Positions 1 to 13,138 of a DNA stretch of 39,274 bases are shown here, one piece after another. Both the position numbers and the translations under genes were made by a program. Below the pieces are notes generated by a model that had not been told where the DNA came from, did no database searches, and worked only from the letters and a program-made list of their open reading frames with translations. This stretch comes from Octopus bimaculoides (Eukaryota). Where the stretch lies: NCBI RefSeq assembly GCF_001194135.2, contig NC_068988.1, positions 40,278,165-40,317,438 on the forward strand, in the 5' to 3' direction. The stretch's first letter is position 1. Each line of letters starts with the position of its first letter.

Positions 1-60
1 TTGAGGTCTCTGGGTGAGACTTGGATCCAACTTGTACAAATGCAAAACAAAAGTCAAACA
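1..60 (+). mobile_element. Probable 3' UTR end of a non-LTR retrotransposon running into a (TAA)n tail
   Basis: Non-repetitive segment ending directly in (TAA)n, the same arrangement as the R4/Dong-like 3' ends at 18030-18375 and 19215-19870. No coding part in the window. Confidence 0.35.
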
Positions 61-63
61 TAA

Positions 64-140
<77 letters not shown>

Positions 141-141
141 G
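61..141. repeat. (TAA)n microsatellite
   Basis: Direct reading. Confidence 0.97.
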
Positions 142-404
142 TGACAATAAAAGAATGAGTCGTCGATATTAGGTAAATAGAGGATTATTTATATATGTAT
201 AATTTAGGACAAGCAGAAAGTTGTCATTATTGTACTCTGAGTTTCGAATGTCAGAGCGTAGAGCAAAGATGCAATCTCGTCGACTATTAATGGCAATAGA
301 CACTATGAAAACCAGTTTAATAAAAAAAAGTTACTCTAATAGGTAGAAAGAAAGAAAAAATGAAAAAGACAAAGAATACATGCAACGACATTCTCACAGT
401 ACAT

Positions 405-449
405 ACACAAACATATATGTGCATGTACGTACTCATACATACACATATC

Positions 450-492
<43 letters not shown>

Positions 493-596
493 GTATGTAT
501 ATGTGCACGCAACTTCAACCTCATATACACAGAGGTGTCTGTATGAATACATATATATTTAGACATTTATACATATATACATACAGGCATATGTAC

Positions 597-634
<38 letters not shown>

Positions 635-870
635 CTGTGCGCGTGTGTGTAATCATATATTCCTCGTATCATACACCTACACCAGCACATATACAAACAT
701 ATACCTATCCGTATAAATGAAGGGGACGTGTGCATGAAAGTCACACTTATGCACTGAAGACAGTCTTTAGATCATTGCATACATATATGCATACATATAT
801 GCATACACATATATATACACGCACACACATATATACATATGCTCACACACCTACGCATTCATACAATTGA
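405..870. repeat. Compound CA/TA/GT dinucleotide low-complexity tract
   Basis: Direct reading; explains the spurious HT/YI/CV ORFs. Confidence 0.9.
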
Positions 871-1659
871 AAAGAAACAAAAGAAAAAAATTNNNNNNNN
901 NNNNNNNNNNNNNNNNNNNNNNNNNNNNNNNNNNNNNNNNNNNNNNNNNNNNNNNNNNNNNNNNNNNNNNNNNNNNNNNNNNNNNNNNNNNNNNNNNNNN
1001 NNNNNNNNNNNNNNNNNNNNNNNNNNNNNNNNNNNNNNNNNNNNNNNNNNNNNNNNNNNNNNNNNNNNNNNNNNNNNNNNNNNNNNNNNNNNNNNNNNNN
1101 NNNNNNNNNNNNNNNNNNNNNNNNNNNNNNNNNNNNNNNNNNNNNNNNNNNNNNNNNNNNNNNNNNNNNNNNNNNNNNNNNNNNNNNNNNNNNNNNNNNN
1201 NNNNNNNNNNNNNNNNNNNNNNNNNNNNNNNNNNNNNNNNNNNNNNNNNNNNNNNNNNNNNNNNNNNNNNNNNNNNNNNNNNNNNNNNNNNNNNNNNNNN
1301 NNNNNNNNNNNNNNNNNNNNNNNNNNNNNNNNNNNNNNNNNNNNNNNNNNNNNNNNNNNNNNNNNNNNNNNNNNNNNNNNNNNNNNNNNNNNNNNNNNNN
1401 NNNCATGTGGTTCGTAAGCAAGCTACTTACCACTACGCCTATATAAAAATAAAAATTAAATAATGTTAAGACATATGAGAAGCTTGTGCAGGAACATAGT
1501 AAAAATGCGGATTACCACCGCTCTCTTGGGGGCTGGAGCCAAAACCTCACAGTTATTTTGTCACATGTGAACATGATCCCAAAAGTTCAATTCCTGATTT
1601 TAGACATGTAGCGGGATCCAAGGAACTTTTCCAGATGAGCCATCTTTCCACTTTACAAA

Positions 1660-1800
1660 GACCGCACTTTCCACTACCGTTGGTTTGCTGTAAGGTTTAC
1701 ACTTGGCCAAGATCTTCCAGTAAATCTTGTAGCTGATACCTTGTTCTTTTAAGAACCATATATAACTGGATAATTTGGTATATTTTTTCATTTCAATATG
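1660..1800 (-). mobile_element. Penelope-like element GIY-YIG endonuclease C-terminal fragment
   Basis: Minus ORF TKLSSYIWFLKEQGISYKIYWKILAKCKPY resembles the 'T.LSK.IW.LK......I.W.IL..A.PY' segment of Penelope GIY-YIG domains. Confidence 0.6.
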
Positions 1801-2035
1801 GTTCCGTGAATTTTTATATTTGTTCTTTTTTCTTTCTACGTATTAGAGTAACTTCCCTTTTATTCAAAGGTTTTTCATAGCGTCTATTGCCTTTAATAGC
1901 CGACGAGAATGCATCATAGCTTTTCGCTCCCACACTTGAAACTCCGAGTACTACAATGACAACTTACTGTTTGTCCTAAATTACACCCCCACACCCCCTA
2001 CACCCACACACACACACACACATACACACATACAC

Positions 2036-2072
<37 letters not shown>

Positions 2073-2081
2073 AATAAATGC

Positions 2082-2113
<32 letters not shown>

Positions 2114-2819
2114 NNNNNNNNNNNNNNNNNNNNNNNNNNNNNNNNNNNNNNNNNNNNNNNNNNNNNNNNNNNNNNNNNNNNNNNNNNNNNNNNNNNNNNN
2201 NNNNNNNNNNNNNNNNNNNNNNNNNNNNNNNNNNNNNNNNNNNNNNNNNNNNNNNNNNNNNNNNNNNNNNNNNNNNNNNNNNNNNNNNNNNNNNNNNNNN
2301 NNNNNNNNNNNNNNNNNNNNNNNNNNNNNNNNNNNNNNNNNNNNNNNNNNNNNNNNNNNNNNNNNNNNNNNNNNNNNNNNNNNNNNNNNNNNNNNNNNNN
2401 NNNNNNNNNNNNNNNNNNNNNNNNNNNNNCAGGACGTTAGAACAATGATCTACAGACAACGGAACGAACACATAGGAAAACGGAAAGCCACTTGGAATAT
2501 TCCTTTATCAGCTGCCTCTATTCTAACCTGACGTTTCGAAGATAAGACAGAACGTACTCTAGAATAGTCTCTTCCTGAGTAGTGGATCAACCCACTACAC
2601 AGAAGATTCCAAGGTGGCAAACACAAACCAAGACAGGAAAAATTGGACAGTGAAAACAACATTCAAAAGCCGTACGGCCAAACGCGAATCTGAGGTAGAA
2701 CGCTAGTAGTTCGTCTTGCCTTCACAGCGGCTGGAGTGAAAAGAAAGCTGACCACAGGTCACACGAGAGTAGAGAGGATGGTAGAGAGAGGAAGTTGTAC
2801 ACCGATATAATGAGTATTA

Positions 2820-2935
2820 CACTTAAGAAAATAAGTATTGGGGTGGACTCGTTTGATTAAAAGTTCAAAGCAATACTCCAGTATGGTCTCAGTCTATTGA
2901 CTGAAATTAGTAAAGATAAAAAAGATAAAAAGATA
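2820..2935 (+). mobile_element. Degraded 3' half of a SINE
   Basis: AAAATAAGTATTGGGGTGGACTCGTTTGATT...CAGTATGGTCTCAGTCTATTGACTGAAA..(AAAGATA)n; the core resembles the AAGTACC..GGGGTCGAT core of other SINE copies here. Confidence 0.5.
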
Positions 2936-3900
2936 TGTACACATGTACCAGACAAACACACAAATACACATATTTACACATCCTACACACCGCTCAAACA
3001 TACATTTACACACACATGTATATGAATACATACATACATACATACACACACACGCGCGCGCGCATATGTATTCTTTTATTCAATTTTCCTCTATTTGTTT
3101 CAGCCCTAAGGCTGTGGCCTTGTTGGGACGCCATGTATATATATGNNNNNNNNNNNNNNNNNNNNNNNNNNNNNNNNNNNNNNNNNNNNNNNNNNNNNNN
3201 NNNNNNNNNNNNNNNNNNNNNNNNNNNNNNNNNNNNNNNNNNNNNNNNNNNNNNNNNNNNNNNNNNNNNNNNNNNNNNNNNNNNNNNNNNNNNNNNNNNN
3301 NNNNNNNNNNNNNNNNNNNNNNNNNNNNNNNNNNNNNNNNNNNNNNNNNNNNNNNNNNNNNNNNNNNNNNNNNNNNNNNNNNNNNNNNNNNNNNNNNNNN
3401 NNNNNNNNNNNNNNNNNNNNNNNNNNNNNNNNNNNNNNNNNNNNNNNNNNNNNNNNNNNNNNNNNNNNNNNNNNNNNNNNNNNNNNNNNNNNNNNNNNNN
3501 NNNNNNNNNNNNNNNNNNNNNNNNNNNNNNNNNNNNNNNNNNNNNNNNNNNNNNNNNNNNNNNNNNNNNNNNNNNNNNNNNNNNNNNNNNNNNNNNNNNN
3601 NNNNNNNNNNNNNNNNNNNNNNNNNNNNNNNNNNNNNNNNNNNNNNNNNNNNNNNNNNNNNNNNNNNNNNNNNNNNNNNNNNNNNNNNNNNNNNNNNNNN
3701 NNNNNNNNNNNNNNNNNNNNNNNNNNNNNNNNNNNNNNNNNNNNNNNNNNNNNNNNNNNNNNNNNNNNNNNNNNNNNNNNNNNNNNNNNNNNNNNNNNNN
3801 NNNNNNNNNNNNNNNNNNNNNNNNNNNNNNNNNNNNNNNNNNNNNNNNCACACACATACACAGGCACAGATACACAAACACACACACAGGCACAGGCACA

Positions 3901-3948
<48 letters not shown>

Positions 3949-4374
3949 CACACACATACACAAAACAAAACAAACATACACACACAATACACCAATTGTA
4001 CACCCTCCTGCCTTCGAATACCACATTTTTTCTTCCCTCTCGACCTTTCGGTCAGCTATTTTTCGAATACGTAACTACCCACGTGTTTTTCTCTTCACTA
4101 TATTCCCATCTCCCCTTCCTGCCGCTTTTACCTCTGCTCTGGGTATTCTACTATTCTACGAAATGCTATGTCCTGAATCTTCTATTTTTACATTTAGCTT
4201 TGCCTCTAAAACTTTCATCGAGCATCAAACAAAAAATATTCACTGTGACCGTCCCGTTGATTTTCGATGCTTTTATTTTGGGATTCATCGTTCCTTATTG
4301 ATTTGCCTACACACATACATAATACATACATACATGCATACCTACATACTTACATACATACATACATACATACA

Positions 4375-4915
4375 TTCGAGGTATGATCTATAAGTATCAG
4401 CATCGTTGCCATAGTAACGAAGCTAAAGCATGCAGTGTAGAGCCACTTTCCAATGATTGACCTTGAACCCTTCTGAGCAAGTGCACTAAGTCTTAATGTT
4501 ATATCAGTCTTCCACTGTTTGCAGCAGTGCTTAGAAGGAAGGTGTGTAGCTTGTGATAATCGGATTGACCATGACAGACAAATATGTCATGGAGATACCT
4601 GCTCAAAGGCCCACACAAGGTTGCAGAAAGTGTATGGAGAGGAGTTTATGAGCTGCACACAAGTTTACGAGCTGTTCAGACGTACCCAAATAGCCGAACA
4701 AATGTCGATATTGATGAACGTTCTGGGAGATCTGCAACCAGCAGAACTAAGAAAAACATCACAGATATTCGTGAAGCTCTGAGGGGAAATCGTGGAATTA
4801 TCATCTGTGAGTTATCAGAGGATGTGCAGATTAGTTACGGTTCAGTTCAGTCTATTATTACTGAAGATTTGGGTATGAGACGCATGTCTGCTACGTTTGT
4901 TGCCCGTGGTGTATT
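4375..4915 (+). mobile_element. Mariner-type DNA transposon remnant (5' end and HTH region of transposase)
   Basis: ORFs 4519-4782 and 4584-4925: VYGEEFMSCTQVYE, DERSGRSATS, ELSEDVQISYGSVQSIITEDLGMRRMSATFV match the mariner N-terminal HTH and the 'LGMRKLCARWVP' region; frameshifted and truncated. Confidence 0.85.
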
Positions 4916-5444
4916 TTCATGTTAACGTACAGGACAAAGGATGGAGAAAGATGAAACGCTACTGTGGCAAAGTCTGATGGCCATTTCGAGAAGATATAGG
5001 TTGGTATGGGCGAGTTTATTCCAATCATAACAATCATCTATATTTCTCTCATTGGAGTTAATCTAAATCACCTGCTCAATATTTCTTTTAAAATCATTTT
5101 ATACCAACTATACCGCTATACATTCACCATCCACATATTTTAATACCCTCATTGGTTTTAATACGGAGATACAAACTCGCAACTACATTTATGTATCTAT
5201 ATATTTATATATCTATAAATTTTTATATATATTGTGTATATGAATGCAACTATGTATGCTGTGGAATATTCCGACACTTTGAAATATGTTGAGTGAATAT
5301 GAACACTGACCTTTGAAATTTCACTCTTTCTGCTATATTCATATATTCTTTTATATTGTTCTCTCTTTTATATTACTGAGTCTCTATTAGATCGCTAATT
5401 AGTTGTGCTGTATAAGGGGAAAATTTTCCTATATATTTCTTTAT

Positions 5445-5466
5445 TGCATGTGCGTGTGTGTGTGTT

Positions 5467-5535
<69 letters not shown>

Positions 5536-5546
5536 TNNNNNNNNNN

Positions 5547-5588
<42 letters not shown>

Positions 5589-5600
5589 GTGTGTGTGTTT
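5445..5600. repeat. (GT)n microsatellite containing a small gap
   Basis: Direct reading. Confidence 0.95.
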
Positions 5601-5694
5601 GCACGCCTGTGTGATTGACTCTCCCGTCGATTTCGACATATGACACTCCGACAACGTATTCTTTCTTTGTCACTCATAATGCTTAATTCATATG

Positions 5695-7751
5695 TGGCAT
5701 TTAAGCTTCACGAACGATTTGCAGGACGGTTGGTTCCTGAGATAATTCAGGCCTTTCAGTATGCTGTGGAATAGACATTATGACGTCATCATTAGTGACT
5801 GAGATGGAGTTCAACACGGCTCCAGAGTGATCTTTCCATCGTTTCAGGATGTCAGATTTTTCAGTGAACAGTGTCTCTCTATATTCGATTAAAAAACAGG
5901 AGTAACGCCGTGCTCTTGAGGAACGAACACTTTCTAGAGTCCATCATAAAAGGCATTAAAATCCTTTCTGCCTGCAGTTTCTTGGAGTTCAGTAGCCTTG
6001 AAAGACCACCAAGCCTCCTTCATGTTTTACAGAACACGTTGGACTTGGCCTCTGCATTTCTCTTTTCTGGCATTCTCTTTTCTGAATGAGATCTTATCAT
6101 TTATCCTTATTTATCATTATCCATTATCCATATCCATATCATTATCTTATTATTTATCCATATTTTGTGAAAGCTGTGCATTTTATCTATGAACTCTTGG
6201 ACATCTGTTTTGTAATCGCTAAACCTATCTCAATGTTTACGAACAGGAAGTCCAGGAAACTCTACAGATGCAGAGTGCGTTGCATTACACAGAGCCTCCC
6301 AAGATATTCTATGTCATCATTGATTTCAATAGTGTTCAGTGCAGTGTCCAACTTGATAGAGAACTCAGCCTGCTTTTCAGAAGTTTTCAACGGCAGAACA
6401 TTTATGCGCTTAAGAACTGATGACTTTTGTAGTCTTGTGTCTTTCAGATGGAACGTAGGCTTGCTACGAAGAAGCGAATGGTCAGAGTAATAGCAGGTGT
6501 TATGAAAGGAATATGTAATGTAAAAGTCCCTAATATCTCGTTTCTTAGTGATAGCATAGCCTATGAGACGCCAATCCTTAGATCTAGGATGCAACCAGGT
6601 CATCTTGCAACAATCTCGCTGTTGGAAACTGAATTACCTTCAGGTGGAGAGCACATGCAGACTGCTGGAGTCCATTTGACCTACACCATGGTGACCAAGT
6701 ACACCCTCCTATTCCTGAGTCAGAACCAACATGAGCGTTAAAGTCATTCATAAGGATAAGTTTATCCCTATGGTGACTACTGGAGATGACATCACAGAGA
6801 TGGTTATAAAATTCATCCTTTTTTTCTTCTCAGTGCTGTTCATGGTTGGAGCATAGCAACTGACAAGAGTAGTACGAGTGTTGTGATCAAGTTACAACGT
6901 TAATGCCATGATGTGATCAGAAATACCTTTGATAGAGAGGGTAGAGTTCCAGCTACATCTGTTTTGATGGAAAAACCAACACCAGAGTGGCGTGGATCGT
7001 CTTCATTTGTTCCACACCAGAAAAATATGTATACACCTTTACTTTCTTCTAACTGTGATGATCCTGCAAGATAAGTTTCACTGAGTACAGCTATGTCAAT
7101 GTTGTATTTCTTTAGTTCAATGTCAACCAGTGCTGCTTTTCGTTCTGGTGCTCAGCGACTGTCTTGGAGAGTGCGCACATTCCAAGAATCAGGGTTAATA
7201 TTCTTAGATTTCTTCTTGTTTCGTTTGCCTTACTGAGTAACTAGAAAGCTGCAGCGGTCTACTAAAGATAGCAGTGCTGCGTCTAAATAGACCTGCTTTA
7301 CCATCACAGGAAGACACGGACGGCACAGTTACTCACAGGTTCTGTACTGGAACAGCCATCACCAAATGGTCGCCGACTGTATAGAGATCCAATAATATCC
7401 TTTACCTGTCTCTGCCGCTTTCACTCCCGCACCAGAAGATTTGTTTTTATTTATATTTGCAAGTTAAAGCTGTACCGTATTGAATGAATAAATGTAAGTT
7501 GTCAGAAAACCCACTCATGCGATTTGAGTGTTGAAGGCTTGTGTAGAACCAGCCATACGTTTTGGAAGTGTGATAGCAAAAATATAAGCGCAACAATACC
7601 AAGAACAACACCCCACCCGGCTTTTTCTTCAGAGGTTTCCATCTTCTAGACGAGTCGCTATAAACAAGCTGGAGAGCCTAGTCTACGCTATGGGTCAGAG
7701 TCTGCTGGTAATACTGCCCTCAAGAGACCCTCAGCAACCAAATACCTGGTC
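5695..7751 (-). mobile_element. RTE-clade LINE, 5' UTR + AP-endonuclease + linker; RT part absent
   Basis: Minus translation gives SWNVRTL, VLSET, YIFFWCG, TWLHPRSKDWRLIGYAITKKRDIRDF, SDHSLLRSK and TEKSDILKRWKDH, matching RTE APE motifs; multiple stops and frameshifts. Confidence 0.85.
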
Positions 7752-8267
7752 TTATATAAGCGTCAACTCACACAAGCAGTTTAGTTGATGAATGTGATCA
7801 AACTGGAAGATATAGTTCTCTATGTAATGAACTTTTTAAAAAAACAAAGGAAGAAAATTGTATGTTTTTTTGTTTTTTTTTCTGCAGAGATGACCACATT
7901 AGCCTGCAAAAGATACAGGCATCCTTACATACAGCAATATGTTGGAATGTTAGAAAGAATTAGTTTAGCGAAGGAAAAAGAACAAGCGTTCTGTTGAAAA
8001 GTTTCAAAGGCCGACAGGACAACGATAGAAAGTTGGAGAAGAAGAAAGATAGAGAAAGCGAACGGGAGGGACGGGGGAGCATAAAACTTTCTACACAGTG
8101 ACTTATGAACCACCACGATGGAAGATATAGAGAGATGGAGAAGGAGAGGGATAGAGAAACGTAAGCAAGCGTGAAAATATAGTTTTCTAGGCTTTCTAGC
8201 ATGCTTTTTTTTTTTTTTTTTTTTCAAAGATGACCACACTAGTCTGCAAGTANNNNNNNNNNATATG

Positions 8268-8336
8268 TGTGTGTGTATGTATGTATGTATGTATGTATGT
8301 ATGTATGTATGTATGTATGTATGTATGTATGTATGC
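8268..8336. repeat. (TATG)n tetranucleotide microsatellite
   Basis: Direct reading. Confidence 0.95.
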
Positions 8337-9743
8337 GTGTGTCGCTTTTGAAATTCCTAACCAAGTAGTAAGCGTTGTTATAATGCTATCATAAGTAGTC
8401 GTTCCATGTTGGTAGGAGATTAAGTATTTTGTAAATAAATCGGTGGTTAAAGACATTTTAGGGGAGATAATCAGTGACAGTTATTATAAAATGCAGGGGA
8501 GGTAATCACCCCTTACTTTTGTAAAGTAAATTCATTATGTACATGTCATGATATATATATATATATATATTATATATATACAGACATACACATACTTAAA
8601 TGTACACATCGGGACAGAGAGAAAGTGCGAGGAAGAGGGATAGAGAGAGAGGTGAGGAGAATGAGAGAGACATGCAGACAGACAGACAAACTTTTCTACA
8701 AACGTGTACCTTGTGAGGTGATGTGAGAAATTAATTGCAGTATTTTTCACCACAGAAAACCCGATGATTGAAGTGTTATGATAAAAAGTATTCCAGGCCT
8801 AATCCCCATAATCTTTTGTTTTCATGCACAATACATTTAGCACTAAATGATTGAATTCTTATCTCCTACTTAAGTTACTTGACTAGCGTGTGTTTTTAGG
8901 GCACCTTGTTTGTTATTGGTACCAAGATGACCAACTGCGTTGAGGACCGCTCATTGACTCGAATACTATTATTTATTAGGTTGATGTTTTAAGCTGACAT
9001 AAGGAGTGCTATTGAAAGACTTAATGCTACTTATCTATTTCTCCACCATTCTGAATTTAATCGCAACCACTGTTGTCTGTGTAGTTCACTATTTCAGAAT
9101 TTAAATATCATGAATATAGCTTGTTCCCAGTGAACAAGAAATTTTTGTTATTATATTGTTGATTTTTGAAAATCGGTTGAGCGGTGCATTTAACACCTAA
9201 CGATATTTTGTTAAGTACTTTTACATTGTGAGTTCAAATCTCACTGAAATTAAATTTCACTCTCTTCAGTTGACGAGGAACAATTACCAGACATATACTC
9301 GTTTCAATCAAATTATCCACGCAAAATTCTAGTTCTGTGCCTCTGTTAAAAATCCGTTTTGGTATTATTAGGATGATGATGAATTGCATCAGGTAAGTGT
9401 CAGACAAAACAGTTAGAAGCCCCCGCTGATCTGAAAGAAATAACCACAACCCCAGTATATCAGTCTTTGTGGTATCCTACCTATGTAATAGAATATTAAT
9501 GATTGCATTTTGTATTATTAATTGAATTGAGGAATTGAACCAAGGACAGGAATATAAGCTGTCTATCTGCCATTTCTAATATTAATCAACCTTTCAGTTC
9601 ATTACCAAAACAATTAAGGGAATAGTTTGTTCCACCTTTGCGCATTTTGGGTTCGAATGCAGAGAACGCCTACTTTGCTTTTCATTGTTCCATGGTTCAT
9701 AAAATAAAGTATAGATACTGGATTGGATTTCCTCGAAATTATT

Positions 9744-9840
9744 ATGAAACGAAGGAGTATTTTGTGTTGTTATACTGTTACTAATTATGAATCATATTTG
9801 ATACTTGATTTATTTTTAGCTAATATTGTTATTGTTAGTG
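9744..9840 (+). CDS. Possible first coding exon of the M13 peptidase (MKRRSILCCYTVTNYESYLILDLFLANIVIVS); tentative
   Basis: ATG at 9744, 32 open codons + 1 nt, then GT at 9841. The phase-1 end fits the phase-1 acceptor at 9972. Basic N-terminus and moderately hydrophobic end, but not a convincing transmembrane anchor; a 21-nt microexon 9820-9840 after TTTTTAG is an alternative. Confidence 0.25.
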
Positions 9841-9971
9841 GTATATTTAGATAATATTTTATCTACTATTAATTACTGTTATACATACCATGTTTTTTTT
9901 CCTTATTCGCAAATATAATACACACCTGCATATTAAATTATTTTACATTGATTCTTTATATTTCCATTCAG

Positions 9972-10007
9972 AAAAACCATGTTTGACAGAGAAGTGTTTA
10001 AAAGTTG
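9972..10007 (+). CDS. M13 neprilysin/ECE-like peptidase exon (KPCLTEKCLKV)
   Basis: TTTCCATTCAG acceptor, GTAAGT donor; CxTxxC motif typical of the start of the M13 ectodomain; phase 1/1 fits the next exon. Confidence 0.8.
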
Positions 10008-11411
10008 GTAAGTATAACTTTTCTCATGAAAAATCCATATCACAATAGTTTATATTTCACTGACATACTGTAACTTATTCGCAAACAAGCTTGTTAGAAG
10101 TTTCCACAGTTGTGCTAGACTAGTATTCTCGTATAGTTTACTAGTTTTTGAAATCTTATTAACGTTCAGAAAAGTGTAGACAAGCTTGTTTAGTATACCG
10201 CAAGAGATTAAAGAAAATATTTTCACACATCCATACATAACCAATATCAACCTGGTGCTTAAACTATGACAAAATACTATATAAAGTATAGAACTGTTTT
10301 CCAAATATATCCAATTAAATACACTGGACACGACATAACTTCAGAGGTTTTATGCCTATATAAGTCACCCAGACTCTTGCAATGACTTGGTTGTTGGTTT
10401 CTTTTAATGCAACGAATTTCGTATATTTTTGAGCACATACTTACCGCTAGACACTCTGCTTCGGCATTACCAGAGCAGCTTCTGCAGTGCTTACAAAAAT
10501 CTTAGAGGCTACCTAAACCAACTGGTCCAACATGCGCATATATAAAAATCACTTGTTAACGTTTTTGGAAATTTAAGTTTTTTTTAGAAAGGCGGCAAAC
10601 GTCTGTAACGGTTTAAAATGTTACATACTGTTTCTATAAAATAAAGTGAGTCACGTTAATAGCGGTTTAATATTTTAATAGTAATAAATAAATGATACGG
10701 TAAACCCTCACTTGTTACGTTTATAGTTTGGCCAGTAATCACTACATGTGGTAATTTAACTGTAGACAAAATAACTCTGATATGAATACACTCGTATTTA
10801 CAAAAAATTGACACATCATTTATGAATAGTTCTAGTGATGACTCTCGGTAATTCAATTCCTAAATTAGCATTTTCACACCATTTTCTTCTTTTGCGTATG
10901 ATATCTAGTTGTACTCAATAAGTTGGGGATGACGAGATGTATTTGTTTCATTTTCAATATAATGTATGGCATTTTACATGAATTGTTTTTTTATTATATC
11001 TTTAAGGGCTGTACAGAAGTTCAAAATACGTGTAAGAATTTAAGTAATACCTGTATCCGTATAGGCACATTTCCTTGAAGGTTTAACTTCCCGGAATAAA
11101 AGAAAATCTTTCCAATACATTCATGTTAAAACAATATTCCAGTACTTTGCATAAAATACGTCCAAAACAGCTTCTTCAACCAAATGTGCACTATACGAAA
11201 GCCCGAAATGCTAAAAGCTATTGAAATACAAAGTGATTGTCTCATATACTTTTGAGTGATCATTGGAGATAAAAATATGGAAATTAATTACATTCATAAA
11301 TTTGATAGTTAGTAGTTTTAAAATTGGTCTTAGCAAATACATATCAGAGTAAATATTACGAATACATTTTTCTAAACTGTAGTGCATTTGTATTTTTATG
11401 TTTTCTACTAG

Positions 11412-11579
11412 CGGTCACCATGATGAATAAAATAGATAACAATATCAAGCCTTGTGATGATTTTTGGAAATATGCCTGCGGTGATTATATCAAAAGACAC
11501 CCGGTGTTCCCATTTGAAAATGATACCATATATAGCAGCTTTCAGGAAATTATGACAAAAACGAATAGAAGACAATTGG
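11412..11579 (+). CDS. M13 peptidase exon (AVTMMNKIDNNIKPCDDFWKYACGDYIKRHP...RRQL)
   Basis: TTTTCTACTAG acceptor, GTATGT donor; PCDDFxxYACG is the hallmark N-terminal M13 motif; 168 nt, phase 1/1. Confidence 0.93.
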
Positions 11580-11659
11580 GTATGTATTGTCTTTTAATAT
11601 TACTTCTGATAAACATCAGTGAGCTGAAAGAATCGTCAGGGCGCCGGACAAAGTGCTTC

Positions 11660-11820
11660 ATGGCATTTCTTTCTCCTTTACGTTCTGCCACCGAAATCGA
11701 CTTTGCTTTTCTTCTTTTTGGGTCGATAAAATAAGTACCAGTTGAGCACTGGGGTCGATTTAATCGACTAAGACACTCCTACGAAATGGCTGGTCTTGTA
11801 CCAAAATTTGGAACCAATAT
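11660..11820 (+). mobile_element. SINE (core and 3' part)
   Basis: GTCGACTTTGC...GGGTCGATAAAATAAGTACCAGTTGAGCACTGGGGTCGATTTAATCGACT, shared with copies at 26563, 28703, 37020 and 37629. Confidence 0.8.
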
Positions 11821-11931
11821 TGCACCTGCTGTCTTTTATATCGAATTATATTTACGTTCAACGGAATAGCACATGTGCATCAAGATAAATTTGTGTGTGT
11901 GTGTGTGTTTATGGCTGAATATGTTGTAGGA

Positions 11932-12020
11932 ATAGCCTTGTTGTTTAAGTGATAGCTTCACAATCACGAGATCCCCGGTTCGATGCCACTGTGTGACATG
12001 TAAGCAAAAAGTCAATTACC
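11932..12020 (+). mobile_element. tRNA-derived SINE head, degraded
   Basis: B-box-like GGTTCGATGCC followed by CACTGTGTGAC; no intact cloverleaf. Confidence 0.45.
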
Positions 12021-13075
12021 ACAAGTAAGAGAACGAGTAAAACCAAACATTTTTCTGGTGAAATTTAGAATACAGAAACTATGGAGAAGCCCATCGAATA
12101 GGTTCTAACAGCGATTTAAAGATGTAGCTTTTTCACATGATATGACTCAGATTCTGCACGAGAATTACGTTAAAATTATCCGTGAAAAATTCCCCCATCT
12201 CTGTAGTTACATTTCTTTCCATTGAAATTGTTTAATCATGAATAAGCTCTAATATGATAAACCTATGTTCAAATATGCTTAAATTATGTCTATCTTATGT
12301 TGCTTTTTTAAAATTTTATTTTTCAGTAAACGCTACATCTAAGAATTAAATTATCTTGCGCATGTCTGTTTTTGATTTTTAAGAAAATAATCTAGATGTT
12401 GAGAAGTAGATTGATTGCTTCTTTTTAGGATATGGAGCGAACAATTTTACACTTCCGAAGGCTTCCTTCATTTAGCGTTGTGTGTTTGTTTTGTTGTAAA
12501 TGAATAATATTTGTCCTATATATATTCAATGCGTATACGTGTGTATTATATATATATATCTATATCTATATCTATATCTATATATATATANNNNNNNNNN
12601 NNNNNNNNNNNNNNNNNNNNNNNNNNNNNNNNNNNNNNNNNNNNNNNNNNNNNNNNNNNNNNNNNNNNNNNNNNNNNNNNNNNNNNNNNNNNNNNNNNNN
12701 NNNNNNNNNNNNNNNNNNNNNNNNNNNNNNNNNNNNNNNNNNNNNNNNNNNNNNNNNNNNNNNNNNNNNNNNNNNNNNNNNNNNNNNNNNNNNNNNNNNN
12801 NNNNNNNNNNNNNNNNNNNNNNNNNNNNNNNNNNNNNNNNNNNNNNNNNNNNNNNNNNNNNNNNNNNNNNNNNNNNNNNNNNNNNNNNNNNNNNNNNNNN
12901 NNNNNNNNNNNNNNNNNNNNNNNNNNNNNNNNNNNNNNNNNNNNNNNNNNNNNNNNNNNNNNNNNNNNNNNNNNNNNNNNNNNNNNNNNNNNNNNNNNNN
13001 NNNNNNNNNNNNNNNNNNNNNNNNNNNNNNNNNNTGTGTGTGTGTGTGTGTGTAGTTAAGTCAATGTCCAGTCAA

Positions 13076-13138
13076 AGAGTGACCAATGGTCTCGCATCCA
13101 CAAAGTGCTTAGCATTGTAAACATCTCGTCAGATTCTA
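13076..13138 (-). ncRNA. Degenerate hammerhead ribozyme (mirror copy)
   Basis: Minus strand reads UAGAAU CUGACGA GAUGUUUACAAUG CUAAGC ACUUUGUGGAUGC GAGA C CAUUG GUC ACUCUU; GAAA is changed to GAGA and stems I/II are weakened, so probably inactive. Confidence 0.6.

Noticed and set aside
2527-2580. Possible second hammerhead on the minus strand (CUCAGGAAGAG...CGAAACGUCAGG)
   Set aside because: The core reads CUCAGGA rather than CUGANGA and stem II does not pair cleanly; at most a dead Penelope-type remnant.
317-4393. Numerous long ORFs rich in HT/YI/CV repeats or X
   Set aside because: Artefacts of CA/TA/GT microsatellites and N-gaps; the same applies to such ORFs at 5373-5677, 12500-13120, 14856-15461 and 32251-32991.
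11932-12020. tRNA gene
   Set aside because: Only a B-box-like motif; no acceptor stem or anticodon arm. Better explained as a SINE head.
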